A stretch of DNA of 32,000 nt from Syntrophaceae bacterium (GTDB lineage Bacteria; Desulfobacterota; BSN033; UBA1163), in contig JACAEV010000143.1 of the NCBI GenBank assembly GCA_013388645.1, positions 1 to 32,000 on the forward strand, read 5' to 3'. This document shows, piece by piece, positions 1 through 8,862 of the stretch (its first letter is position 1; each line of letters starts with the position of its first letter). The translations under genes and the position numbers were made by a program. The notes under the pieces were generated by a model that was not told the DNA's origin, searched no databases, and saw only the letters and a list, made by a program, of their open reading frames with translations.

Positions 1-306
1 GAACTTTCCGGTGGGCAGCAAAAAATCTTAGAATTAGCTCGCATTCTCATGTTTGATCCAAAAATGATTCTTCTTGACGAACCTTTTGCTGGGATTCATC
101 CTCTTCTGAGAACCAAATTTCACGAAATGATTCTGACTCTTCACAGAAAAGGGACGACCTTTATCTTGGTCAGTCATGATCTTCCTTCGCTCTATCTCCT
201 GTCTTCGAGAATCATTGTTCTCGACAATGGGCGGAAAATTGCGGAAGGTTCAGCAAGGGAAATCCAGAAGAATGAGGCTGTTATTGAGGCCTATCTGGGG
301 AGATAA
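1..306 (+). CDS. livG: Branched-chain amino acid-type ABC transporter ATP-binding protein (LivG-like), 5' end cut by the window edge
   Basis: Frame 1 is open from base 1: ELSGGQQKILELARILMFDPKMILLDEPFAG (ABC signature LSGGQ plus Walker B LLDEP), H-loop VSHD, and a C-terminal EAYLG tail typical of LivG. Stop TAA at 304-306. Confidence 0.85.
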   Translation, partial: ELSGGQQKILELARILMFDPKMILLDEPFAGIHPLLRTKFHEMILTLHRKGTTFILVSHDLPSLYLLSSRIIVLDNGRKIAEGSAREIQKNEAVIEAYLGR

Positions 307-307
307 G

Positions 308-1036
308 ATGGTGATCCTTGAAGCCAAAGAGATTGAGGTGAGTTACTACGGAGATATTAGCATCCTTCAGGGAGTAAACCTCTCCGCAGAAGTATCAAAG
401 ATCACCGCTATCATTGGCCCGAATGGTGCAGGAAAATCAACCCTTCTTAAAACACTCTGTGGGTTCTTAAAACCCAAGAAGGGCAAAGTCTTCCTCCGTG
501 GTCGGGAGATTACAGGGGTTCAGCCTCATACGTTGATGAGTATGGGACTCTCTTACATTCCTCAATATAATAGCCTTTTTCCGGACCTTACCGTAAAAGA
601 AAATTTAGAATTGGGTGCTTGGACATTCCGGAAAGATCATAAGCGCATTCGAGATGGGATAGAAAAGGTTTTCCAGAGATACCCTTTTCTGAAAGAGAAA
701 GCCTCCACCAAGACGACGAAGCTAAGTGGAGGACAGCAGCGTATCCTTGAGCTGGGTAGAACCCTCATGGGGTCTCCAGAGGTGCTTCTTCTTGATGAGA
801 TCACTGCAATGATTGCTCCAATCGTTGCAAAAGAGATATATCAGGATATTGAAAATCTTTCAAAAGAGAAAATAACCGTTGTCATGGTTGATCAAAACGT
901 CCGGCAGGTCATTGAGATTTCGGACTATATTTTTATTCTGGAACTCGGGAAGAACAAAGTGAGCGGAACGAAGGAAGAATTTAGCGGACGACTAAAAGAT
1001 GTCATTCAGGATTGGTTAGTATACGAAAATGTGTAG
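308..1036 (+). CDS. livF: Branched-chain amino acid-type ABC transporter ATP-binding protein (LivF-like)
   Basis: ATG at 308 lies 1 nt after the upstream stop. Walker A GPNGAGKST, signature LSGGQQRILELGR, Walker B LLLDE. The ORF-track start at 176 overlaps the upstream gene and is unsupported. Confidence 0.85.
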   Translation: MVILEAKEIEVSYYGDISILQGVNLSAEVSKITAIIGPNGAGKSTLLKTLCGFLKPKKGKVFLRGREITGVQPHTLMSMGLSYIPQYNSLFPDLTVKENLELGAWTFRKDHKRIRDGIEKVFQRYPFLKEKASTKTTKLSGGQQRILELGRTLMGSPEVLLLDEITAMIAPIVAKEIYQDIENLSKEKITVVMVDQNVRQVIEISDYIFILELGKNKVSGTKEEFSGRLKDVIQDWLVYENV

Positions 1037-1106
1037 AGGGAAGGAGGTGAATGTCTAAATCATTTTACAAATTTGATAAGTGACAAATACTCAAAGAAAG
1101 GGGGTC

Positions 1107-2363
1107 ATGATCATGGTTGAAAAAAAGATCTTTTTCTGGGCTATGGTTCTTTTCGTCTCAACACTTGCCTTCTCATCGGTAGATTCCTATTCAAAGGATC
1201 ATATCGTGATAGGAACAACCATCTCAACAACAGGAAGCTTTACTTTTGCCTCCTCTCAAGGTTTCAAGGGCCTCCAGGTCTGGGTGGATGATGTGAATAA
1301 GCGAGGAGGAATCTTTGTCAAGGAGTTTAACAAAAAGCTCCCGGTCAAACTCGTCTATTATGATGATCGAAGTGACAAGGAAACGGTTGTAAAACTTTAT
1401 GAAAAATTAATCACGGAGGACAAGGTTGATATTGCTTTTGCTCCTTTTGGATCCACTCTCACAGGGGCTGCTGCCGCCATCACGGAAAAATTTGGGCGTA
1501 TGTTGATCATCTGGTCTGCCGCAGCCGATGCCGTCTATGAACAGGGTTATAAATACATTGTCTCTGCAACCGAGGTACCGAACTCCCTCATGCCTAAGCC
1601 AGAAGTCGAACACATGGCTGCCCTAGGTGTAAAAAAGATGGCTGTCATCTATTCGGATGAGCCTTTTACGGCCGGTATGGCTCGGTTTGCCAAAAGCATT
1701 GGGGAGAAGTTGGGAATGACTGTTCCCATTTTTGAGAAGTACTCCCCGGGGACAAAAGATTTTACCATCCTGCTCCAAAAGGTTCAGGCTTCAAAACCGG
1801 ATGCATTCTATGCCTCAGCTTATATGGATGACCTCAAGAATATACTTCGCCAAATGCGAGAATTAAACGTTATGTTCAACTATGTGTATATGGTCTATTC
1901 TGGAATGCCCCAATGGTTGGATTTGGGAGACGAAGGCCTTTACATTTTTGGACACACCCTTTTCCATGACGATTTAAAGTGGAAAGTGAACGCGGGGATG
2001 GATCTGACACAATTCGTAGCCCACTTCAAAACCCTTTTCCCCAGATCAGAATATCCACCCGATTTTCAGACCTCATTGGCTTATGGGGCTGGAGTGATTT
2101 TAGAAGAAATGATTAAAAAGGCCGGCACACTGAACGCCAAAGATTTGAAGCAAGCGGCAATTGATTTTTCTGGAAAGTTGACTGTGATGACAGGACCTTA
2201 TGAAATCGATTCAACAGGAAAACAACTCCAGATGCCCTTCACAGTGACTCAGGTACAAAAAGATAAGACCACGGGAAAATTGAAATTTATTCTCCTCTGG
2301 CCTAAGGCAGTGGCAACAGGTGAACCGGTGTATCCGATCCCCTCATGGGATAAAAGAAAATAA
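1107..2363 (+). CDS. ABC transporter substrate-binding protein (type 1 periplasmic binding fold, LivK/Leu-Ile-Val-binding family)
   Basis: ATG at 1107 follows AAAGGGGG. The N-terminus has a hydrophobic signal peptide (IFFWAMVLFVSTLAFSS). The IVIGTTISTTGSF...GFKG pattern is typical of the family, and the gene follows livG/livF. Confidence 0.85.
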   Translation: MIMVEKKIFFWAMVLFVSTLAFSSVDSYSKDHIVIGTTISTTGSFTFASSQGFKGLQVWVDDVNKRGGIFVKEFNKKLPVKLVYYDDRSDKETVVKLYEKLITEDKVDIAFAPFGSTLTGAAAAITEKFGRMLIIWSAAADAVYEQGYKYIVSATEVPNSLMPKPEVEHMAALGVKKMAVIYSDEPFTAGMARFAKSIGEKLGMTVPIFEKYSPGTKDFTILLQKVQASKPDAFYASAYMDDLKNILRQMRELNVMFNYVYMVYSGMPQWLDLGDEGLYIFGHTLFHDDLKWKVNAGMDLTQFVAHFKTLFPRSEYPPDFQTSLAYGAGVILEEMIKKAGTLNAKDLKQAAIDFSGKLTVMTGPYEIDSTGKQLQMPFTVTQVQKDKTTGKLKFILLWPKAVATGEPVYPIPSWDKRK

Positions 2364-2367
2364 GGAA

Positions 2368-2413
2368 ATGCGGATAGGCCGACTGAAAGAGGTTGGTCTA
2401 TCCGCATTATTAT
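2368..2413 (+). terminator. Rho-independent terminator after the ABC binding-protein gene
   Basis: 10-bp stem ATGCGGATAG (2368-2377) / CTATCCGCAT (2398-2407), followed by a T/A-rich tail (TATTATTAAAAAA). Confidence 0.6.
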
Positions 2414-2514
2414 TAAAAAATTTCTAAGATGGCCAATTAAGAAATCTGATTGTTGGTTTTCGACGGAAATAATTTCAGAAGGATATTTTAAAAGCCTTTT
2501 GAGGAGGAAAAGCC

Positions 2515-3015
2515 ATGGCAAATCGAGAACAACTTCTTGATGAAATTTCTGAACTGGCTCTTATGAATGATATGAACTACCTTGGTTGAACGCAAGCGGT
2601 TCTTGCAGCCCTGCAAGAAAAGCTAAATATTGGAAGTAAAGAGGTCTTAAAAGCCGGAAGTGCCCTGGCCGGTGGTGTAGCCAGGCAGGGAGAAACTTGC
2701 GGTACACTTATGGCTGCTATTATGGCGATCGGCTCCTTGGTTGGCAGAGAGAGGTTTGAAGATTTAGACCAATACCGGAAAGCGATAGGGATAGCAACCA
2801 AGGTTTACGAGCTTTTTAAGGAACGGATTGGACATACCCTTTGCTGGGAGATTCATAAAATCCGATATGGGAAGGTTTATCGACTCTTCATTCCAGAGGA
2901 ACATGAAGCTTTCCACAAAATGGGTGGCCATGGCTGCAAGGGGTGTCCAGAGGTATGCGGCATTGCAGCCAAGATCGCCGGTGAGATCATCCTTGATATC
3001 AAAGAAAACCAATAA
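2515..3015 (+). CDS. C_GCAxxG_C_C family putative redox protein with an in-frame TGA (2587-2589) at the first conserved Cys position; candidate selenoprotein
   Basis: ATG at 2515 sits 6 nt after GAGGAGGA. The frame is continuous with ORF 2710..3015 apart from the one TGA. Family blocks present: G-[TGA]-TQAVLAAL, GGVARQGETCGTLMAAIMAIG, LCWEI, GCKGCPEVCGIAAKIAGEII. The internal ATG at 2710 lacks an SD and would remove half the domain. Confidence 0.6.
2595..2624 (+). promoter_or_regulatory. SECIS-like stem-loop downstream of the in-frame UGA
   Basis: AGC/GCT closing pairs, a 2x2 internal loop, an 8-bp stem TTCTTGCA (2600-2607) / TGCAAGAA (2612-2619), and apical loop GCCC (2608-2611) 21-24 nt from the U of UGA. 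Confidence 0.4.
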
Positions 3016-3088
3016 AAAATGAGACTACACGGTAGCCCCGAATTTATAGGTTGTGTTTAATGGAAATTTAATAATGAAAATCTCATTT

Positions 3089-3188
3089 ACCCCGTATAAT
3101 CCCAAAAGCCTCAGCCTTCAGGGCGAAGGCAATTTCAAATCTAAGGGTGAAGACAAGCCCTGTCTTTTAGCACAGGGAAATACGGGGT
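3089..3188. other. About 100-nt three-way-junction fold in a convergent intergenic region (unclassified structured element)
   Basis: Closing 9-bp helix ACCCCGTAT (3089-3097) / ATACGGGGT (3180-3188) encloses hairpin GCCTTC-agggc-GAAGGC (3114-3130) and hairpin CCCTGT-cttttagc-ACAGGG (3158-3177). No T-run follows on either strand. Confidence 0.25.
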
Positions 3189-3866
3189 TCACTTTGTAGC
3201 AGCCATCTCTTTTTTTAACGCTTCGTATTCATCCAGAAAACCCCATTTTTCTATCAACCAATTCGTTCGAGCTTCACTATCCATTCTCTTAAATAAGCTG
3301 GCTTCGGCATCAGAGAGGATTTGAAAAATCTGTTTAATTCCAAAATCGTCAGAGGCTAACGTGCGGGCCACCTCATAAGCAATCATCCCCATATTGGCCA
3401 AACTCTTTTTTTGAAATGACCTCTGGAACAAAACAATCCGGAGGGTAAATTCATCTCCGAGACCGGTTGGTTCCTTCTGATCTCCCCCATGGATGAGATT
3501 CAAAACGGTCCGGGAGATCGGAATGGTTAAATTAGAAGACACCGAATCTTTTGGAAGCTCATAAAACAAGAGGAGATTTTTAAAAAAAATGGAACCGAAG
3601 GGTGAGCTGTAAACTCGGCTCAGAAATGTCAATAAACAGGACCCCAATTCATTCGAGAGGACATGAGAATGGTCAATAATCTGGGCAATCAAATTCTGCT
3701 TCCTCAATTCATCCTGTTCTCTCTTTTCTGCCTCAAGCTGTTTGCTCGTCCGTAAACAATCCCGAATCTCGTCGCAGTTTCGGCATTCGGGCTTGGTCTG
3801 GGTGATGGTTTGTCCGTCCTTTAAGATGATCTCTTTAATTGACCCAAAACAATCTTTTTTTTCCAT
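3189..3866 (-). CDS. Hypothetical protein (225 aa) with an N-terminal Cys cluster
   Basis: Long ORF with no competing frame. The N-terminus carries C-x21-C-x2-C-x5-C (CFGS...CRNCDEIRDC) and is followed by a coiled-coil-like Glu/Lys segment. I recognise no family. Confidence 0.55.
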   Translation of the reverse strand: MEKKDCFGSIKEIILKDGQTITQTKPECRNCDEIRDCLRTSKQLEAEKREQDELRKQNLIAQIIDHSHVLSNELGSCLLTFLSRVYSSPFGSIFFKNLLLFYELPKDSVSSNLTIPISRTVLNLIHGGDQKEPTGLGDEFTLRIVLFQRSFQKKSLANMGMIAYEVARTLASDDFGIKQIFQILSDAEASLFKRMDSEARTNWLIEKWGFLDEYEALKKEMAATK

Positions 3867-3965
3867 CCCGTGCCATCGCTTTTAGATTTGAAATCGGATC
3901 CCCATGCTATTCATAGACCAAAAACTTTCAAACTTGTCAAGTGAAATTTGGTGGATCAAATGAGC

Positions 3966-4508
3966 TTAACCTTCCTTTTTCAACACCAGGTCGATGATCA
4001 GCTCGTTGGCAAGACGGTGGAGTTCTTCTCTAAATCCTGTTTCCGAGATCGACCTGGGGACCTCCACTTCAATTTCCATTTCAAAGAGAGGAGTTCCGCT
4101 CTCTGCGGAAAGCACACGGCGGGTCTCCATATCGATGATATTCACCCTTCGATCAGCCAGGAGTCGGGAAACTTTGAAAACAATCCCTGCATGGTCTATC
4201 CCTGAGGTGGTAATCTTAAACCGATCAGTCTGTTCTTTGAGCTTAGGGTAAGCCTCTTCAAAAGTGATCGGAGAGTAGAAGACGGTCAAATTCTTCTCCC
4301 GTTCGAGTCGCTTCAGGCCAGAAGGAAGCTTTTGATTGACCTCTTCCCTTTCGGTTGAAAAAAGGAGCAACAGTGCAAAATGGTTCCGCAGAAGGCTCAT
4401 GCTCGAATCCTCGATGTTTCCTCCACACTCATAAATCACTTCTGACACATCGGCTACGATTCCTGGCCGATCCTTTCCCACTGCTGATAAAATGAAATAA
4501 GTCTTCAT
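3966..4508 (-). CDS. Tandem ACT-domain protein (GcvR-like / glycine cleavage system regulator family)
   Basis: Two ACT-type repeats: ILSAVGKDRPGIVADVSEVI and ITTSGIDHAGIVFKVSRLLA. About 180 aa, as in GcvR-like proteins. SD AGGGGGAG lies upstream of the ATG. Confidence 0.7.
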   Translation of the reverse strand: MKTYFILSAVGKDRPGIVADVSEVIYECGGNIEDSSMSLLRNHFALLLLFSTEREEVNQKLPSGLKRLEREKNLTVFYSPITFEEAYPKLKEQTDRFKITTSGIDHAGIVFKVSRLLADRRVNIIDMETRRVLSAESGTPLFEMEIEVEVPRSISETGFREELHRLANELIIDLVLKKEG

Positions 4509-4618
4509 GGTCTCCCCCTAAATCACGTGACCCGTGACTTGTGTTTTGTGAATCGACTACTTCTTTCGGTCGCCAACTATTTTACCCTATCACCCTACCA
4601 CTCTATCTCCCAATCTTC

Positions 4619-6856
4619 TTACTCAAGGATTTCCAAATGGGCAGAACAGACTTTCAGTCGTTTGCTGCCGGCGGTTGCAAAAATAATGGTTGCCTTTTGA
4701 TTCTCGTCCATTCCTTCCACCGATTTGACCCTTCCCACACCAAAAATGGGGTGCCTGACGCGCATCCCTGTTTTAAGTGGAAAGAACCCTTCAGGGGTGA
4801 GAACGATCCCATCTCCCTCTGAATAGGAACTCCCTTGTGACAGACTTTCCTGAACTTCCTCTGACTGAAAAACACCATCTCTCCATTGTCTTTGTTGAGA
4901 AAATAAATGATTTATCTTCTCTCTTTTCTCCTCCAATTGAAGCATGTCCATTGGAAGTTCGTCAAGAAAGCGGGAAGGAAGATTAGCCCGTCCCACGCCA
5001 AACGTAGATCGCTCCTCCGCTCGTGAAAGAAAAAGCTTCCGCTTCGCACGGGTCATACCAACATAGAAGAGCCTTCTCTCTTCTTCCATATCTTCAATCT
5101 CTTCACCCCGCCGGTAATGGGGAAGGAGCCCTTCTTCTATTCCGACGATGAAAACGACCGGAAATTCCAGCCCTTTTGCACAATGAAGGGTCATCAAAGA
5201 AACTCGATTTCCTTTATCCTCGTAAAGATCAATGTCGGTCACCAATGACACCTTATCCAAAAAGGCTTCCAATGAAACCCTCTCTCCTCCTTGTTCAAAC
5301 TCCACCATCACATTGATGAGCTCATCAATATTCTCTATCTTTGAAAAAGCCTCCTCTGTCCCTTCCTCTCTTAACCTTTGGAGGTACCCCGTCTTGGACA
5401 AAAGGGTCAAGGTAAGTTGACTGAGGGGAAAAGATTCTGCATCCTTCCGGAACTCTTCTATCGATTGGATGAATTCCTTCATCTTCGCTTTGATGGATGG
5501 AGTCAACCAATCTTCATCGATCGCCTTCCTTAACCCTTCATAAAGGGACCCTCCCCTCTCTCTGGCAAAGGCCTCTATCTTCTCGATCGTCTTTTCTCCG
5601 ATTCCTCTTGATGGGATATTGATGATTCTTTTTAGACTGAGACCATCCGAGGAATTATCAATCACCTTCAAGTAGGCCAGAACATCTTTTATCTCTTTTC
5701 GTTCATAAAACTTCATCCCCCCAACCACTGTATAGGGAATCTTGTTTTTGACTAACTCATCTTCGATCGCACGGGATTGAGCATTGATCCGGTAGAACAC
5801 AGCAATGTCGCGATAAGATCTCACCGAATCCCCGGAGGTTATGTATTCCATAATTTTCTGAACAACGAACTTCGACTCGTCCGTTTCATCCTCGGCCAAA
5901 TAAAAAGTGAGAAGCTCTCCATCAGGATTCTCTGTCCAGAGTTTCTTTTCTTTTCTATATCGATTTTTCTGCACGACATGGTTAGCCGCCTGGAGGATGT
6001 TTTGAGTAGAGCGATAGTTCTGCTCCAAGGTGATGATTTGAGTTTCAGGAAAGTCCCTCTCAAAATTCAGAATGTTCCCCACCTCTGCCCCTCTCCAGCG
6101 ATAGATAGATTGGTCATCATCTCCAACCACACAGACATTTCGATGAGCCTCGACCATCTTTTTGATAAGGTGGTACTGGATTAAGTTGGTATCTTGAAAC
6201 TCATCGACCATCACATAGCGGCAGAGTCCCTGATAATATTTGAGAATCTCTGGAAAGCGATTGAACAAAATTTTCACGAAGGTGAGGAGGTCTCCAAAAT
6301 CGAGGGCATTATTTCGCCGAAGATCTTCTTGATAGCGCTGATAAACCAATGCCAGCCTCTTTTGGAAGATATTATATGGATTTGGAGTATATTGTTCCGG
6401 AGTCACGCCCTCATTTTTTAATTGTTCCATCCCGGACTGTATGGCCCGTGGAGGGAACATCTTGAAATCGAGATTGAGTTCCTTCATCACCTCTTTCAGG
6501 TGTCGTTCCTGATCCTGCTCATCGTAAATGACAAAATTTTTTCGATACCCAAGAGGTTCGATATGCTGTCTTAGTATTCGGGCACAGGCTGAATGAAATG
6601 TGGAGATCCATGTTCCTTTCGCCGATCTACCAAGAAGCCTCTCAACCCTTTCCCGCATCTCATTTGCTGCCTTATTGGTGAAAGTCACCGCAAAAATGTT
6701 CCAAGGTGGAACGCCTTTTTCTTGAATGAGGTAAGCAATCCGGTAGGTCAGGACTCTGGTTTTTCCGCTCCCCGCTCCTGCAAAAACGAGAAGGGGGCCC
6801 TCTGTTTCTAAAACCGCCTTTTGTTGAATAGGATTGAGATCGTTCAATAAAGACAT
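4619..6856 (-). CDS. pcrA: ATP-dependent DNA helicase, UvrD/PcrA family (SF1A)
   Basis: LNPIQQKAV, Walker A AGAGSGKT, TFTNKAANEM, DEFQDTN, NYRS, VGMTRA, and a C-terminal Tudor-like block HPIFGVGRV. Confidence 0.95.
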   Translation of the reverse strand: MSLLNDLNPIQQKAVLETEGPLLVFAGAGSGKTRVLTYRIAYLIQEKGVPPWNIFAVTFTNKAANEMRERVERLLGRSAKGTWISTFHSACARILRQHIEPLGYRKNFVIYDEQDQERHLKEVMKELNLDFKMFPPRAIQSGMEQLKNEGVTPEQYTPNPYNIFQKRLALVYQRYQEDLRRNNALDFGDLLTFVKILFNRFPEILKYYQGLCRYVMVDEFQDTNLIQYHLIKKMVEAHRNVCVVGDDDQSIYRWRGAEVGNILNFERDFPETQIITLEQNYRSTQNILQAANHVVQKNRYRKEKKLWTENPDGELLTFYLAEDETDESKFVVQKIMEYITSGDSVRSYRDIAVFYRINAQSRAIEDELVKNKIPYTVVGGMKFYERKEIKDVLAYLKVIDNSSDGLSLKRIINIPSRGIGEKTIEKIEAFARERGGSLYEGLRKAIDEDWLTPSIKAKMKEFIQSIEEFRKDAESFPLSQLTLTLLSKTGYLQRLREEGTEEAFSKIENIDELINVMVEFEQGGERVSLEAFLDKVSLVTDIDLYEDKGNRVSLMTLHCAKGLEFPVVFIVGIEEGLLPHYRRGEEIEDMEEERRLFYVGMTRAKRKLFLSRAEERSTFGVGRANLPSRFLDELPMDMLQLEEKREKINHLFSQQRQWRDGVFQSEEVQESLSQGSSYSEGDGIVLTPEGFFPLKTGMRVRHPIFGVGRVKSVEGMDENQKATIIFATAGSKRLKVCSAHLEILE

Positions 6857-6859
6857 AGA

Positions 6860-6901
6860 GAGTTATGAGTTATGAGTTATGAGTTATGAGTTACGAGTTA
6901 C
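6860..6901. repeat. Heptanucleotide tandem repeat, (GAGTTAT)x4 then (GAGTTAC)x2
   Basis: Read directly from the sequence. Units at 6860, 6867, 6874, 6881 (GAGTTAT) and at 6888, 6895 (GAGTTAC). The repeat begins 3 nt upstream of the pcrA start codon (6854-6856, minus strand). Confidence 0.95.
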
Positions 6902-6917
6902 GAATCAAACATGATGA

Positions 6918-6947
6918 ATTATAACGTTTGCATTTCTTAATTGACAG
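6918..6947 (-). promoter_or_regulatory. Possible sigma70-type promoter for pcrA
   Basis: On the minus strand there is a perfect TATAAT (6918-6923) with CTGTCA (6942-6947) 18 nt upstream. This would give a leader of about 55 nt made mostly of the heptamer repeat. Confidence 0.3.
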
Positions 6948-6999
6948 TGATTTCCTGGAATATTCGACCGTAGGGCTATAGAACGTCCGAACGATATGA

Positions 7000-8829
7000 C
7001 TATTCCACGGTCACGCTCTTCGCCAGGTTTCTCGGCTGATCCACGTCTGTGCCTTTGAAGTCAGCCATATAATAAGCCAGGAGTTGAAGAGGAATGGTGA
7101 GGAGAATGGGGGTAAGGGAAGGAATCGTCTCGGGGATGAAGATGACATCATCCACCTTATGGACAATCTCTCGATCGGAGGGCGAAGCAAGGGCAATCAC
7201 CATTCCCTCCCTTGCTTTGACTTCTTCAATATTGGAGATCACCTTCTCATAAACCTCGTTCTTAGTGGCAAGGACCACCACCGGCATCTCCCGATCAATC
7301 AAAGCGATAGGACCATGTTTCATTTCTCCAGCCGGATAGCCCTCTGCATGCACATAAGAGATCTCCTTCAATTTCAGCGCTCCTTCCAATGCAATGGGAT
7401 AATTGATCCCTCTCCCGAGATAAAGAAAATCCCTCGCATGCAGATATTTTCTGGCAATTTTTGATACTTGATTCGATGCCTTGAGCATTTCTTCCATGAG
7501 GTGAGGAACTCTCACCAACTCTTCAATCAAGGCCTTTCCCTCTTCTTTGGAGAGAATACCTAATTCTCTTCCCATATGAAGGGCGAGCAGAAAGAGAATT
7601 ACCAATTGGGTCACAAACGTCTTCGTAGACGCTACCCCAATCTCTGGGCCTGCATGGGTATAGATCACCTGATCCGCCTCTCTGGCCAAACTCGATTCCA
7701 CGACATTACAGATGGCTAAGGTCGTTGTCCCTTTACGTTTCGCTTCTCTTAATGCTGCCAAGGTATCAGCCGTTTCCCCGGATTGGGAGATTGCTATAAG
7801 CAAGTTACTTTCTCCAACAATGGGATTTCGATATCGAAACTCGGAGCCGATATCCGGCTCGACTGGAATCCTGCAAAACTCCTCGATGAGAAATTTTCCT
7901 ATCAAGGCAGCATGGTATGACGTGCCACAGGCAATAAGGGAGACTCGTTTCATCTTCTTCAGAAAGGTTGGGGCAAAATGGACATTTTCAAGAACGGCAT
8001 CCCCCTTCTCCTCTGAGAGCCGACCCCGGATGGTATCGATGACAGCCCTGGGCTGTTCAAAGATTTCCTTAAGCATGAAATGTTTATACCCACCCTTCTC
8101 AGCCATTAAGGAATTCCAATTGACTCGCTTGGGCTCTTTTGAAACTTCTTCTCCCTTGACATTAAAGACTTTTACTCCCTCAGCGGAAAGAAGAGCGATT
8201 TCACCGTCCTCCATGAAGATAAAATTCTTGGTGTATGGAAGAACAGCAGGAACATCGGAGGCGATGAAATACTCTCCTTCTCCAATACCGACCACGAGGG
8301 GGCTTTCCTTCTTGGCTGCAAGCAGGGATCGCTCATCTCCTTCAATGAGGATCCCCAATGCATAGGACCCCTTGATTTTATCTAAGGCGATCCTCACTGC
8401 ATCGAGGGAGGAGTTCCCTTCCTGAATGAATTCATCGATCAGATGGGAGATGATCTCCGTATCCGTTTCAGAGGTAAAAATATGGCCTTTGCTCTTGAGG
8501 ATTTCCTTAAGTGACAAATAATTTTCAATGATCCCATTGTGTACGACTGCTACCCTGCCCGCTTTATGAGGATGGGCGTTCTCATCCGACGGCCTCCCAT
8601 GGGTTGCCCATCGAGTATGGCCGATCCCCACCTTCCCATCAAAGGTCTCCTCACCGATCAACTCCTCCAGTTTTATTAATTTCCCCTCTTTTCTTCGAAT
8701 CTCGACCTTGCCTTGATTGAAGATTGCAATGCCCGCGGAGTCATATCCTCTGTATTCCAGTCGTTTGAGGCCTTCAATAAGAACCTTCGCTGTTTCTCTG
8801 GGACCGATATATCCGACAATGCCACACAT
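7000..8829 (-). CDS. glmS: Glutamine--fructose-6-phosphate aminotransferase (isomerizing)
   Basis: Starting at ATG 8829 gives MCGIVGYIG (Cys2 Ntn nucleophile) with GGAGAGG upstream. Two SIS domains are present, and the C-terminus [13 protein letters not shown] is typical. The ORF-track start at 8853 adds 8 unsupported residues. Confidence 0.95.
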   Translation of the reverse strand: MCGIVGYIGPRETAKVLIEGLKRLEYRGYDSAGIAIFNQGKVEIRRKEGKLIKLEELIGEETFDGKVGIGHTRWATHGRPSDENAHPHKAGRVAVVHNGIIENYLSLKEILKSKGHIFTSETDTEIISHLIDEFIQEGNSSLDAVRIALDKIKGSYALGILIEGDERSLLAAKKESPLVVGIGEGEYFIASDVPAVLPYTKNFIFMEDGEIALLSAEGVKVFNVKGEEVSKEPKRVNWNSLMAEKGGYKHFMLKEIFEQPRAVIDTIRGRLSEEKGDAVLENVHFAPTFLKKMKRVSLIACGTSYHAALIGKFLIEEFCRIPVEPDIGSEFRYRNPIVGESNLLIAISQSGETADTLAALREAKRKGTTTLAICNVVESSLAREADQVIYTHAGPEIGVASTKTFVTQLVILFLLALHMGRELGILSKEEGKALIEELVRVPHLMEEMLKASNQVSKIARKYLHARDFLYLGRGINYPIALEGALKLKEISYVHAEGYPAGEMKHGPIALIDREMPVVVLATKNEVYEKVISNIEEVKAREGMVIALASPSDREIVHKVDDVIFIPETIPSLTPILLTIPLQLLAYYMADFKGTDVDQPRNLAKSVTVE

Positions 8830-8862
8830 TTTTAAACCTCTCCAAAACTGCAATTTGCAAAA

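Noticed and set aside
2577-3012. Minus-strand ORFs 2577..2801 and 2764..3012, and plus-strand ORF 2828..3022, overlapping the C_GCAxxG_C_C gene.
   Set aside because: These are shadow frames of a gene with clear family motifs. They have no SD and no recognisable domains.
6860-6901. The heptamer array as a CRISPR array or mobile-element terminus.
   Set aside because: The units are contiguous 7-mers without spacers, there are no cas genes or transposase, and there is no inverted-repeat partner. It is a simple tandem repeat.
7712-8365. 217-aa plus-strand ORF, along with similar long antisense ORFs (for example 11253..11720 minus, 27782..28189 minus, 22805..23293 plus, 24195..24617 plus, 25047..25427 plus, 5777..6184 plus).
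   Set aside because: All lie entirely inside, and antisense to or out of frame with, genes with strong family signatures (glmS, the LbH protein, kbl, ABC permeases/ATPase, MFP, pcrA). Their Ser/Arg/Pro-rich compositions are typical of shadow ORFs.
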